64,000 bases of DNA from the human T2T-CHM13v2.0 reference genome, Homo sapiens (GCF_009914755.1 NC_060927.1); one strand, 5' to 3'; numbered from the stretch's first letter, positions 1 to 12,522 are shown. Numbers and translations are program-made. The notes: a model not told the origin generated them from the sequence alone.

Positions 1-237
1 CGGTGGGGACTACTCTCTGCTTCAGAGAAGGTGTCTGTCTATTCACTGCATCCTCACATGGGGGAAGGGCAAACAAGCTCTCTTGGGCCTCTTTTATAAG
101 GATACTAGTGCCATTCTTGAGGGCTCCACTCCCATGGCCTAATCTCCCAAAAGTCCCCACCTCTTAATACCATCACTTTGGGGGTTAGGATTTTAACATA
201 TGAATTTTGAGAGGACACAGATATTCAGACCATAGAA
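1..237 (-). mobile_element. MLT1A/MLT1A0 MaLR LTR (cut by window start)
   Basis: Reverse complement matches the recalled MLT1A0 5' end (TGCTATGGTCTGAATGT..AAAATTCATATGTT.AAATCCTAACCCCCAA.GTGATGGTATT). Confidence 0.8.
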
Positions 238-429
238 CAAATGAAAGGGAATTTTATAAACATAATGCTTTCTTCTTACTGGATACAATGTATTCTTTTC
301 TCCATTCCACACCAGGTCCCAATACTCCCAAAGCTGATATCTATAATGTGAAAGGAGAACATGTTTTCTCAATACAAAAGCTCACTTTAGAAGAAAAGAG
401 AAGCGAAAAGTCCAAACATGGAGGACTAG

Positions 430-802
430 TGCATTAGTTCATTCTCACACTGCTATAAAGGACTGCCCAAAACTGGGTAGTTTATAAAGAAAAGAAGTTT
501 AATTGAGTCACAGTCCCACATGGCTGGGGAGGCCTCAAGAAACTTACAATCATGGTGGAAAGGGAAGCAGACACATCCTCCTTCTTCACATGATGGCAGG
601 AATAAGTTCAGAGCAAAAGGGGGAAAAGCTTATAAAACCATCATATCTTGTGAGAACTCACTCACTATCACAAGAACAGCAGCATGGGGGTAACTTCTCC
701 TCTTTTCAGTTACCTCCCACCAGGTCCCTCCCACAACATGTCAGGATTATGGGAACTACAATGCAAGATGAGATTGTGGGGGGACACAGCCAAACCATAT
801 CA
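430..802 (-). mobile_element. THE1 (THE1D/C-like) solo LTR
   Basis: TG..CA termini; ends GGGACACAGCCAAACCATATCA; perfect 5-bp TSD ACTAG at 425-429 and 803-807. Confidence 0.9.
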
Positions 803-893
803 ACTAGGAATATATTTTTCTATTTCAAGTCATTGAAACAGAGATATTTTGAAGGGTACAGAAACGTCATTCATATTAGAAAGTATTTACTCC

Positions 894-1218
<325 letters not shown>

Positions 1219-1499
1219 TTAAAAAGGCTAACTTTTAATATGTTTTATTAATTATATTAATTTAAAGTAAGCCGCTGATGTGGGTTGCATGTCCACGCAA
1301 ACGTTGTAATGGAGAATGACTTAAAAATGTTAAGAAAATAATTCAGCTATTTGGGTTAAATATGTGTGAACTCGTAAAGTTTATTATGCTAAATTATTTA
1401 CAAATTCTACATTTTGCTTTGTGTATAATCACAGTCTTGGAGTTTTTAGTTCAGTTTTCCAATAGGTTCATCCATGGCTTTTAAAAAAATATGCCTTGA

Positions 1500-1765
1500 A
1501 ATAGGAGATGCAAAATAACTTCTGAAAACAAAATGTCCATGGTAAACTAGGTTTGGGAAACGCTATAATCGGTATGCATCCCACTCTCAGATATTCAGAC
1601 AGTCACAATCGTGTTAGCATATCAAAGGCTCCAGAAGGTTTGTAATACCAAAGATTGTCCAGCTTAGTTCCCAAACCCTATTTGTCTATGACAACCTATT
1701 TTTAACATAACAATTTTTACACTCTCTGGAAGCACTGTTGCAGGCAACACACCTTGAGAAGCCTT
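1500..1765. mobile_element. hAT-Charlie MITE remnant (MER112-like)
   Basis: GTTTGGGAAACGCT, TTAGCATAT.AAAGGCTC and TTCCCAAAC..TATTTG motifs with internal inverted structure; very diverged. Confidence 0.5.
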
Positions 1766-1939
1766 GTAAAAGTATAGATTGTCAGTAGAGTGAAATATAT
1801 GAAACCAATGAGCTTCAAAGGGAATAAAAGCAGGCTACATTAAGCTAAACAGGACAGAGATTCTAGATCCTGAGGAAGAAAGTTGATAACAAAGGCATAA
1901 TATGGACGCCAGAGAGCTATTGAAAGGTAATGTACTTTA

Positions 1940-2030
1940 CTCAACTAATATTTATTGAGTGCCTATTTGCAACAGGCCCTGTTCTAGGCTCTGCGGATAA
2001 AGCAGTTGTCAAAATGAATAAAAAACTCCT
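1940..2030 (-). mobile_element. L2 3' end fragment
   Basis: ATATTTATTGAGTGCCTA..CAGGCCCTGTTCTAGG is the reverse of the L2 3' terminus. Confidence 0.65.
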
Positions 2031-2119
2031 ATTCCTTTTTAAATATTTCAAAATACGATTTACTGAAAAGCTCACGTTCTGAAACTCAGTAAATGAATAT
2101 ATTAAATTAAAATGTTTAA

Positions 2120-2468
2120 TATATCAAAAGGTACCTTTGGAAAAATAGTTTTTAAGACATAGACTGAAAGAATACAAAGAACTCCTACAAATCAAGAAAA
2201 TTTGAGAAAATAACAAATAACTCAATAAAAAAAGGTCAAGAGACATCCACAAAGGAAGAAACCAAAACAGACAGTAAACATGTATGATTCTCAACCTCAT
2301 AAGAAATGAACTAAATGCGAAATCATACCACAGAAAGATACGGTTAACAGATACTATAGCAAAAATAAAAATGTAATAATACAACGTGTTAACAAGAATA
2401 TGGGGGAGTTCCTATACATCACTGGTAAGAGACTAAATTGGGTTAACTTCTTTGGAGAACACTTAGAC
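2120..2468 (+). mobile_element. Ancient L1M (L1ME/MC-like), left part of a split element
   Basis: Decayed ORF2 3' region (AAAGAACTCCTACAAATCAA..CTTTGGAGAAC); continues at about 2790-2817 and 8602-9120. Confidence 0.7.
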
Positions 2469-2786
2469 CAGCACTGCCCAATATAAATATAACAAGAGCC
2501 ACAAATGCATGCTGTACTTTCCAGTAGCCTTGTTTTTTAAAGTAAATATAAACAGGTAAAGTTAATTTTAATAATATATTTTATTTAACCCAGTATACCC
2601 TTATCATTTCAACAAGTAATTTATCTAAAAACTTATTAAATATTTTACATTCTTTATTTCATACTAAGTCTTTGAAATCTTTGAAGTATGTATTTTATAC
2701 TTACAGTAAATCTCAATTCAGTCCAGCCACATTTTAAGGGCTCAGTAACCACATGTAGGAAGTGGCTGCCATATTGGACAGTACTG
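2469..2786 (+). mobile_element. MER33 (hAT-Charlie MITE)
   Basis: TIRs CAGCACTGCCCAATA / TATTGGACAGTACTG; internal AATTTTAATAATATATTTTATTTAACCC and CATACTAAGTCTT match MER33. Confidence 0.85.
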
Positions 2787-2819
2787 CACTAGTCAATGTC
2801 TAGTAAAGTTGATACTGTA

Positions 2820-3101
2820 CAGTAATCCTCCCTTATCCACAGGTGCACTTTAGCAGTTTCAGTTACCTGTGGTCAACTATGGTCTGAAAATATTAAATGT
2901 AAATTTCCAGAAATAAACAATTTATAAGTTTTAAATCTCATGCCATTCTGAATAGCTTAATGAACTCTCATGACATCCTGCTCCATCCCACTTGTGGAGT
3001 AAATCATTCCTTTGTCCAGGATATCCCACTGTACACACTACCTACCCCTTAGTCACTTTGTAGCTGTCTTTGTTATCAGATTTAAAAAAACATCCTATGT
3101 A
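2820..3101 (+). mobile_element. MER44A (TcMar-Tigger MITE), left part
   Basis: Starts TA|CAGTAATCCTCCCTTATCCAC; internal TTCCAGAAATAAACAAT.TATAAGTTTTAAA; interrupted at a TA by Tigger2. Confidence 0.85.
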
Positions 3102-5757
3102 TAGTTGACCCTTGGACAACTGAGTGGTTAGGGACACTGACTTCCTGCATAGTTGAAAATTTGTGTATAACTTTTGACTTCTCTAAAACATAATTACTAA
3201 TACCCTACGGTTGACCGAAAGCCTTACCAATAACAAGTTGTTGATTAATACATATTTTGTATGTTATATGCATTGTGTGTCATATTCTTATAACAAAGTG
3301 AGTTAGAGAAAAGAACATTTTATTAAGAACATTATAAGGAAGAGAAAATATATTTACTATTCATTAAGTGGAAGTGGATCATCATAAAGATCTTCATCCT
3401 CACAATCTTCACCTTGAGCAGGCTGAGGAAGAAGAGGATAAGAAGGGGTTGGTCTTGCTGTCTCAGAGGAGCAGAAGTGGAAGAGGGGGAGGAGGTGGGA
3501 GGGGAAGCAGGACAGGCAGACACACTCAGGATAACTTTTATGGAAATACAGTGTAATTTATGTCTGACTTTTTTGCTTTTTCATTTCTCTAAAAAATATT
3601 TCTATATGGCACCAATCCTTCTCCCATCATTTGCTTTAGTTTCAGTGCCCACATCATAGAAGGGTCTAGGTTGTAAAAGAAATCAAAAGCAATCTTAAAT
3701 AACTGAAACCCTTCTGCCAGATTGTCTGTTGTCAATTTATTTCCTGGCACTGCTTCTTCTACATCTTTTCCCTCATGTTTTGGTACTAAGTCTGAAGTAC
3801 TCATCTCCACCAAGTTGTCTTCTGCTAATTCCTCTGGTGTCTATTAGCTCTTGAGTTTTCCAAGATCTATACCTTGAAACCACTCACCCCCCACCTTTTT
3901 TGCCACATCCACAATCTTTTTCATGATTTCCTTTATTGGCTCTATTGCCAATTCTATGAAGCCATGCACAGCATATGGACATGGTTTTCTCTAGCAGGAA
4001 TTTCTTATTTTGGGCTTGATGGCTTTCATAGCATTTTCTACAACAATGGTGGCATCTTCAATGGTGTACTCTTTCCAGGCTTTCATGATGTTCTCTTTTT
4101 TAGGGTTCTCTTCCATAGCATTGACAATCCTTTCCATATAGTACCATATGTAAGAAGCCTTAAGGGTCCTTATGATCCTGATCCAGAGGTTAATTAGAGA
4201 TTTTGTGTTTAGGGGCAAGTAGACCACTTTCACACCTTTGTTGTTGAACTTATACAGTTCTGGGTGGCCAGGGCCATTGTCCAATATCAAAAGAACTTTA
4301 AAAGGCAGTCCCTTACTGGTAAGGTACTGCCTGACTTCAAGGAGAAACTGTCAATGGACCCAATTCAGAAAAATTGTTCTCATGTCCAGGCCTTCTTGTT
4401 ATACAGCCAAAAGACTGACAAAAGACTGACAACTGATTTATTTTTCTTTCTTCATGGCTTGGGGGTTACAGCTTTATAGATAGTCCTGATCACAAATTCA
4501 ATTGCTTTTGCACAAAGCAGTAGAACAACAGAGTTAGCCTATCCCTTTCTGCTTTTAATCTTGGTGCTTGCTTCTCTTCCTTACTAGTAAATATGCTTTG
4601 TAGTGCTTTTTTTTTTTTTTTTTCAGAATAGGGCACTTTTATCTGCATTAAAAACCTGTTCAAGCAAACATCCTTTCTCATAAATGATTTTCATAATCGT
4701 ATCTGGGAACTCAACTGCTGCCTCTCAGTTGGCAGAAGCTACTTTCCCTATTATCTTGACAATTTTTAAGCCAAACTTCTTTCTAAAATTATTAAACCAT
4801 CCTTGCCTGTTATTAAATTCTACAGTTTTTAGATCCTTCACCATCCCTTTGCTTTAAGTTGCCATATAGCAACTTCATTTTTTCTCAAACCATGTATGAT
4901 TCTATATATACCTTTCTCATAGGAATCCTGCATCCACATAAAAGTTGCACTTTCAATAAAAGATGAAAAGGTATTTTGAAAAAAGTGCAAGGTCTTCACA
5001 CCTGCTGGCATAGCTGCAGTGAAAGCTTCACAGAATTCCTTTTCTTGTTTTTACAATGGTCATTGCACTGCATTCATTTATCTTGAAATGGCAGAAAACT
5101 GTAGAACTGTAGCTGCAGACCTCAATTTATGGGACATATCAAGCAATTCAACTTTTTCTTGTAATGTCATGACTTTTCTCTGATTCTTGGAAGTACTTCC
5201 AGCATCACTAGTGCACTTCATATGTGTCCCATGGTGTTATTCAAGGTTTACAGTATTGCACTAGGCATGATGAAAAATACATGAGAATCATGAGAGCTCC
5301 TTTTTTTCTGCAAAATACAACTTACTGAACAGACAAATGGCTCACACAGAGATGATCAGTATCCAAGTGGATACTTGGAACACTTGAACTCACCACAATA
5401 GCAACAGAAGGTGGCTGTGAAATTATTAACTATACACTATAGTTAATTTTATACAATTATGATTTAATAGTGCATCTTTACATTTGTTTACATTTCTCTC
5501 ACTGTGAATGTTGCCATGTGTGGTCTATAAGTTTCTGTGTACATTTTAATAAATCTTAATTTTTATAATAGATTTGTGTATATTTTATGGTAATAAATGA
5601 TAAAATAGACTAGTATCTATATTTTATGCATTCATGACATAACTAACCTTTTCTTAATTTTTCAATATTTCTAGGCTATGCAGTTCACCTGCAAGTTTTT
5701 TCAAATTGTCACAAACCTCCAAAAATTTTTCAAGTATTTTTATTTTAAAAATCCACA
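3102..5757 (-). mobile_element. Tigger2 DNA transposon, main part, with decayed transposase
   Basis: TIR TAGTTGACCCTTGGACAAC after TA. Minus-strand ORF fragments encode pogo/DDE_1 motifs (LDNGPGHP..VVYLPLNTKSLI; SKEEKQAPRLKAERDRLTLLF). With 8465-8518 it totals about 2.7 kb. Confidence 0.9.
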
Positions 5758-6157
5758 TGTATTAGTCTGTTTTCACACTACTATTAAAAAACTACCTGAG
5801 ACTGGGTAATTTATGAAGGAAAGAGGTTGAATTGACTCACAGTTCCACAGGCTTAACAGGAAGCATGACTGGGAGGCCTCAAGAAACTTGTAATCATGGC
5901 AGAAGGTGAAGGAGAAGCAAGCACATCTTACAATGATGGAGCAGGGGATTGAGAGAGAGAGAGAAAGAGAAAAGGGGGAAGTGCCACACACGCTTTCAAA
6001 CAACCATATCTCATAAGAAGTCACTCACTATCATGAAAACAGCAAGAGGGATGTCTGCCCCCATGACTCAGTCACCTTTCACCAGGCCCCTCCCCCAACA
6101 CATGGTGGTAACAATTCAAGATCAGATTTGGGTGGGGACCCAGAGCAAACTGTATCA
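5758..6157 (-). mobile_element. MSTA 3' LTR
   Basis: TGTATTAGTC..TGTATCA; MSTA-type AGGAAGCATG.CTGGGAGGCCTC; left TSD CCACA at 5753-5757. Confidence 0.88.
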
Positions 6158-8078
6158 TTCTGCTGCTGGCCCCACTCAGATCTCATGTTATTTTCTTTTT
6201 TTTTTTTTTTTTGATGGAGTCTTGCTCTGTCACCCAGGCTGGAGTGCAGTGGCGCAATCTCGGCTCACTGCAAGTTCCAACTCCTGGGTTCACACCATTC
6301 TCCTCCCTCAGCCTCCTGAGTAGCTGGGACTACAGGTGCCCACCACCACACCTGGCTAATTTTTTTTTTTTTTTTAGTAGAGACGGGGTTTCACCGTGTT
6401 AGCCAGGATGGTCTCAATCTCCTGACATCGAGATCCTCCCACCTCAGCTTCCCAAAGTGCTGAGATTACAGGCATGAGCCACCACACCTGGCCTCTCATG
6501 TTCTTTTCACATTGCAAAACCAATCATGCCTTCTCAATAGTACCCCAAAGTCTTAACTCATTCCAGCATTAACTCAAAAGTCCAAGTCCAAAGTCTCCTC
6601 TGATACAAGACAAGTTCCTTCTGCCTATGAGCCTGTAAAATAAAAACCAAGTTAGTTACTTCCAAGATCCAATAGGGGTACAGGCATTGGGTAAATGCTC
6701 CCATTCCAAAAGGGAGAAATTGGCCCAAACCAAGGAGCTAGAGGCCCCATGCAAGCCCAAAACCCATCAGGGCAGTAATTAAATCTTAAAGCTCCAAAAA
6801 AATCTTCTCTGACTCCATATATCACATCAAGGGCACACTGATGCAAGGGTGGGCTCCCAATGCCTTGGGAAGCTCTGTCCCTGTGGCTGTGCAGGGTACA
6901 GCCCCACAGCTGCTTTCATGGGCTGGTGTTGAGTGCCTGTGGCTTTTCCAGGCATACATACAGGCTGTCCATGGATTAACCATTCTGGGGTCTGGAGGAT
7001 GGTGGCTGTCTTCTCATAACTCCACTAGTCAGTGCTCCAGTGGGGGCTCTGTGTGAGGGTCCAAACCCCATATTTCCCCTCTGCATTGCCCTAGTAGAGG
7101 TTCTCTGTGAGGGCTCCGCCCCTGCAGCAGACTTCTGCCTGGATATCCAGGCATTTCCACACATCCTCTGAAATTTAGGTGGAGGTTCCCAAACCTCAAC
7201 TCTTGCCTTCTGCACACCCTTAGGACCATCACCATATGGAAGCTGCCAAGGCTTGGGGCTTGCCCCCTCTGAAACAAAGATGCAACCTGTACATTGGCCC
7301 CTTTTAGCCATTGCTGGAGCTAGAGTGGCTTTGATGCAGGGCACCATGTCCTGAGGCTGCACAGAGCAGTGAGACACTGGGCCTTGCCCACAAAACCATT
7401 TATCCCTTCTAGGCCCCCAGGCCTGTGATAGAAGGGGCTGTCATGAAGGTCTCTGACATGGCCTGGAGACATTTTCCCCATTCTCTTTGCTACTAACATT
7501 TGTCTCTGCTTTACTTATGCAGATTTCTGCAGCTGGCTTAAATTTCCTCCCAGAAATTTTCTTTTCTACCATACGGGTAGGCTGCAAATTTCCCAAACTT
7601 TTATGCTGTGCCTCTCTTTTAAACATGTTCCAATTTCAGGCTATGTTTTCATGAACACATATGACTGTATGCTGTCAGGAGCAGCCAGGACACATGTTGA
7701 ACACATTCCTGCTTAGAAATGTCTTCTACTACATATTTATCTCTCTCAACTTCAAAGTTCCACAGATCCCTAGAGCAGGGGCACAATGCCACCAGTCTCT
7801 TGCTAAAACATAGCAGGAGTGACTGTTGCTCCTGTTCCCAATAAATTCCTCATCTCCATCTGAAACCATCTCAGCCTGGACTTAATTGTCCATATCACTA
7901 TCAGCATGTTGGTCAAAACCACTCAACAAGTTTCTAGGAAGTTCAAAACTTTCCTTCATCTTCCTGTTTTCTTCTGAGCCCTGCAACTGTTCCAACCTCT
8001 GCCCATTACCCCATCCAAAGTTGCTTCTGCATTTTCTGTTTACTTTATACCAGTACCCTACTCCTGGTACCAATTTTC
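6158..8078 (-). mobile_element. MSTA-int (MaLR internal region), interrupted by AluY
   Basis: MaLR internal sequence between two LTRs; minus strand begins GAAAATTGGTACC directly after the 5' LTR. Confidence 0.88.
6195..6493 (-). mobile_element. AluY inside MSTA-int
   Basis: AluY diagnostics (TGCAAG.TCC, CACCATTCTCC, CCGTGTTAGCCAGGATGG); TSD TCTCATGTT(A/C)TTTT at 6181-6194 and 6494-6507. Confidence 0.9.
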
Positions 8079-8464
8079 TGTATTAATCTGCTTTCACACT
8101 GCTATAAAGAACTATCTCAGACTGGGTAATTTATGAAGAAAAGAGGTTTAATTGACTCACAGTTCCACAGGCTTAACAGGAAACATGATCAGGAGGCTTC
8201 AGGAAACTTACAATCATGGCAGAAGGCAAAGGGGAAGAAAGTACATCTTACCATGGTAGACCAGGAGAGAGAGAGACAGAGCAAAGAGGGAAGTGCCACA
8301 CACTTTTAAACAACCAAATCTCATAAGAACCCACTATTATCAGAACAGCCAGGGGGAAGTCTGTGCCTATAATTCAATCACTTCCCACCAGGCCTCTCCC
8401 CTGACAGATGGGGATTACAATTTGAGATGAGATTTGGGTGGGGACACAGAGCCAAAGCATATCA
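8079..8464 (-). mobile_element. MSTA 5' LTR
   Basis: Direct repeat of 5758-6157; TG..CA termini; right TSD CCACC at 8465-8469. Confidence 0.88.
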
Positions 8465-8518
8465 CCACCTATAAATGAATCCACACACCTCAAAACCGTG
8501 TTGTTCAATAGTCAACTG
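8465..8518 (-). mobile_element. Tigger2, remaining terminal part
   Basis: Ends GTTGTTCAATAGTCAACTG|TA, the inverted partner of the TIR at 3102. Confidence 0.85.
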
Positions 8519-8601
8519 TATAGGGTTTGGTAATACCTGCTGTTTAAGACATCTACTGGGGATCTCGAAATATATTCCCCATGGATAAGGGGAGACCACT
8601 G
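8519..8601 (+). mobile_element. MER44A, right part
   Basis: TATAGGGTTTGGTA..GGATAAGGGGAGACCACTG completes MER44A; inverted partner of the TIR at 2820. Confidence 0.85.
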
Positions 8602-9120
8602 TCCCCAAGAAAACCACTGCAAGTTTACACCAGAAATTTGAAGAATATTCATTACAATCATGTTACAAGACACAAAATGAACATGTTCATCAACAAGAGA
8701 ATGAGTTTAAGAATTGTGGCATATTCACATCATATGATATGATGAAGCATGAAAATAAATGAATTAGAGTTATACTTAAGATAAAAGTATACTGTGTGAT
8801 AAAAGAAAATTGCAGAGGAATACATAAAGTATGATATCATTTAAGTAAATCTCAAAAATAAATAATACTATTTATTCCTTAATTCTTCATTTATCTGATA
8901 TGAATATGCATATCTCACAGGTTAAAGGCATATAAGAAAATGATAAATATCAAATTTCATATAGTAGCTACCAAGAAGAGAGAGGGGAATAATTTAGGAG
9001 TGAGACAGAAAATTTCATCTATATTCACGATGTTCTATTTCCTAACCTAGGTGGTTCATATATTTTTACTTGTCATATTACAATATAAACTTATCATATA
9101 TGTAAAATGTTTTAGAGTGT
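8602..9120 (+). mobile_element. Ancient L1M (L1ME-like), right part of the split element
   Basis: TGTTCATCAACAAGAGAATG..ATTGTGGCATATTCAC..AAATAAATGAATTAGAG is decayed L1M ORF2 end and 3' UTR. Confidence 0.65.
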
Positions 9121-10106
9121 TTGCAAAAAGTCAGTAGTAGATAGAACATTCCAAGGTGTCAATTCTCTAGTCAATGAGAACAAGATTCACATGCATGGAT
9201 TTTTTTCCTGTTTTCTTTTAAATAAACATAGTCATTTAATTTGTTTTTGAAAGAAGTGTTAGATCTGTCACCACTTTTCCTGCAGTGCCCCTTGGGCAGT
9301 CAAGTTTGGTTCATGTATGTTTCGATGAGAGGTGTAGTCACTTAATAGCAGCAACACTTGGCCCAAAGCTAGGTGCAAGGAAGAGGACAAGGAACATGCA
9401 AACACTGGAAGATTCCAGCCAGCAGAAAGAACAGCACCTGCTTCGCCCTGGGTACATATGTAGACAGAGCTTGTTGGCAGAGAAGTCAGGTGAGAATTCA
9501 CAAAAGCTTTTCTGACTTGGATTCTATCAGGATTCTTTTAGCTTTACACAGTGTCAAACACATACCCAGCTCTCACTCACCCCATCAGTGTAAATGCAGT
9601 GTCCAGCTACCACATTGAAATCCACAAAAAGTCAAGGTTAAGTGGATATTTGCTCCATAGCCAGCATTTTGGGAAACAAATACCACATCAACACCAAAAA
9701 AAAAAAAAAACACCACATAGTTAATGTCAAACTGCTGTATGAGGCACTTCTCTTGAGAATTTGTACAGCTTCAAAGAAACACCCACCAAAAGCCAACTAA
9801 AAGAAAAACATCATTTTAAAAATAAAAAAGAGCGGTTTTCTCTATGATACTGTAGTGTATTCTTTTAATAACATGAAATTGTATTGTATTTGTTGAGTGT
9901 AAAGTATAATTTATTATTCCATAGCCTTACTATAGAACACTACAATCTAATATAACATGCTACATGAATATTCTACAATAGAACTATGCTTTGCAAATTT
10001 GCCTGACAATAAAACCCCCCTAGGGCTATTGCATAAACTATTTTTCCAGGTTCTCCCCAGTGCCTGCAGAATTAGAATCTCAAGGGTAGGAGTTTTTCTT
10101 CTATAA

Positions 10107-10277
10107 CAGTGGTTATCTGTGTGTGGTACCCAGGCCAGCATCACCTAAGAACTGTGAGAAATGCAAATTAACACATTTCACCCCAGATGTATTGAATCAG
10201 AAACTCTGGCGGGTAGAGCTCAGCAATCTGTAAGGCCTCCAGGTGATCCTAAGATTGCTAAACTTCAAGACCCACTG
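10107..10277. mobile_element. MER5A
   Basis: CAGTGGTT..GCATCACCT..AGAAATGCAAATT..GAATCAGAAACTCTGG..CTCCAGGTGATC..CCACTG. Confidence 0.8.
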
Positions 10278-10285
10278 GCCTAGAG

Positions 10286-10444
10286 CCTGGTTAATCAAAC
10301 TATACTGGGAGGATCCTCAGCCTCAGTATCAGCCAGGAGGGCAACAGAAATGCAAAATCTGAGGTCCCAGCCCTATGGAATCAGAATCTGCATTTTTAAC
10401 GTCCCCAGGTGATTAGTTTGATCACTAAAGTTTGAGAACCATTG
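10286..10444. mobile_element. MER5A1/MER5B-like MITE
   Basis: GAATCAGAATCTGCATTTTTAAC..CCCCAGGTGATT..AAAGTTTGAGAACCATTG. Confidence 0.75.
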
Positions 10445-10454
10445 TACTATGAAC

Positions 10455-10692
10455 AAGGATTTGACATCACATTTCCTGGGTTTGAAACTCAACTTCACAT
10501 CTCATCAGGCTTGTGAACTTAGGCAAGTTATTTGATCTCTCTCATCCTCAGTTACCTCTCCTGCAACCTGAGCAGGATAATAATACCTCTGATAATCTTC
10601 AAAGGATTGTTCTGAAGATGAAATGAGTTAAGGTATCTGCAGTGCTTAGCGTGATGCCTGGCACATAGCAAATGCTCAATTAGTAGTGGCTA
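10455..10692 (+). mobile_element. MIR
   Basis: MIR core (GGCAAGTTA.TT.A.CTCTCT..CCTCAGTT) and 3' end TGCCTGGCACATAG.AAATGCTCAAT. Confidence 0.8.
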
Positions 10693-12522
10693 CAGTTAAT
10701 TTCTGATCATCTTTTTAAAAGAACCCACTTATCTAACGTTGAGAAGATATCTACAAATAAGGGCAAACAAGATTGTTAAGATATATAAATAAGATCAGTT
10801 AAATTATCAAGATGTATAAATTAGATCAAATCAGTGAGCCTGAAATATTGCTGTACAGTAACTTGAGTTCTGAAAATCTCAGAATAAATATTTTAGCATT
10901 TAGGGTCTAACACACAATAATTAGATAATAACTGCCAAAAAAGTCTTGGAGAATGACAAGCTCATTATGAACAGAATTTTCTCAGTAAATCAAGAGGCTT
11001 AGGAGGCCTTGCCAGGCTGAATGAAGGTGAAGAGCAGTCAAGAACATAGAATAATTTTGGTCTCAAACTTCCTTGTTTAAATAGGAAAATAAGTTAAACC
11101 AAGTAAAGTTCTAGGGTTTTTTTACCCTCAGTTTACCCCAACAGGCGTGTGAGAAAGAATTGTTTCTCATTTTGGTAATCTGTCCCTTTTGTGTTAAGTA
11201 TGCGACTTTTACAGAGACAAAAACAATCAAGGGATTAAACAGAAGATCCATTATTCTATTAATATGTTTTCTCACTGACTCTAATGGTTAGAAAATTCTT
11301 TTTCATATATTTTTTAAAATCTGACCTGATATCTTAAGGGCATTTATATCTTAGTTGTGAAATGGTTCTGCACTTTTCCCAAATATCTTCTGCTTTTTGC
11401 GCTATTTGCAAGAAATGGAATTAGAATGACTTCATGTTTAACAGGAACATAAAGTTCAATGAATGAAACATCCTGTCCCTCGCTGCAGCTGCGGAAGCAC
11501 ACAGCTATGGCAGAGTACCTCCAGGAACAAAATTTATGAATTAACTGCTGCTGAAAAGCCAACAGAGGGAGCACAAACCATTGTTTTTTGTGACACGTTA
11601 AAAAAATACACAGCTATTAAAAATAAACTTTCCTGGTGGCATAGCATAAGATTTTACAAAATTATATTCATGTATCTAGATTTTGAAGACATTCATCAGG
11701 TAATAACTACTAAAATGGGTCATATTTTCTTATTTAAAATTCTGCCAGAAACAGAGGAATGATTTAGGAAACATTTTTATTATGGGAGAAGAGAGCTGGC
11801 CTGATGGCTTTTCTGGGCTTATCTCCTTATATTTATGAAGCTCTAGCAAAGTCTCTTAAAATTCTTCTTACTCGTTCCGTTGCCTTTTCATGATCATTCC
11901 CTCCTTTCTATCGGTAATGAACTGCAGCATATTCCACATGTGGAGGGGCTGGCGAGGGCAATTGTACAAGCTCATTCCTTACAAGTTTAGGTCTTAAATC
12001 TGAAATTTCTCCTTCTCAATCAAAGGAATCTTACTTTTCTCATACATACAGATTTCTGATCTATGAAAAATACAGAGCCCCCCTCAATGTTTTTGCCTAT
12101 GGACTTTCAATATTATTTGGCTTCTCAAGAGAAAATTCCTAACTCTTGTATTTAAAGCAGAGTTTTCATAACGCTGCGGGTTTACCAGTCCTCTTTGATT
12201 TTTCAGTGAAAACTTTAATTTTGGAACATACACAAAAGTCTATACACCAACTATCAACACATTAACAATTTTTAGATTTATGGTTATCCAAAATATGGAC
12301 AATTTTCTCCACACTGCCTTTCTTGCAGTGATTCTACAAAGTTATCTATCAATAATGACTTTTCCCCTAGTGACATGTGTTCATTTTGCTTGGTGAAAGC
12401 CTTAAGGGTAGAATACTTTTAAGATCAAATACTAGAAATGATATTTGTTGATTAAATACTTATATATGAATAGTTAGTTCTCCATGTCTCTGATAGTTTA
12501 TGGGGAGTCCAGAATTTTGCTA

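Noticed and set aside
1535-1695. Inverted GTTTGGGAA / TTCCCAAAC pair as a novel hairpin
   Set aside because: Explained by the internal palindromic structure of the hAT MITE remnant.
3589-4681. Transposase-like ORFs as a domesticated TIGD-type gene
   Set aside because: Fragmented across frames with stops inside a TIR-bounded Tigger2 fossil.
6652-8086. Cluster of ORFs up to 133 aa
   Set aside because: All lie in MSTA-int and are decayed MaLR internal sequence.
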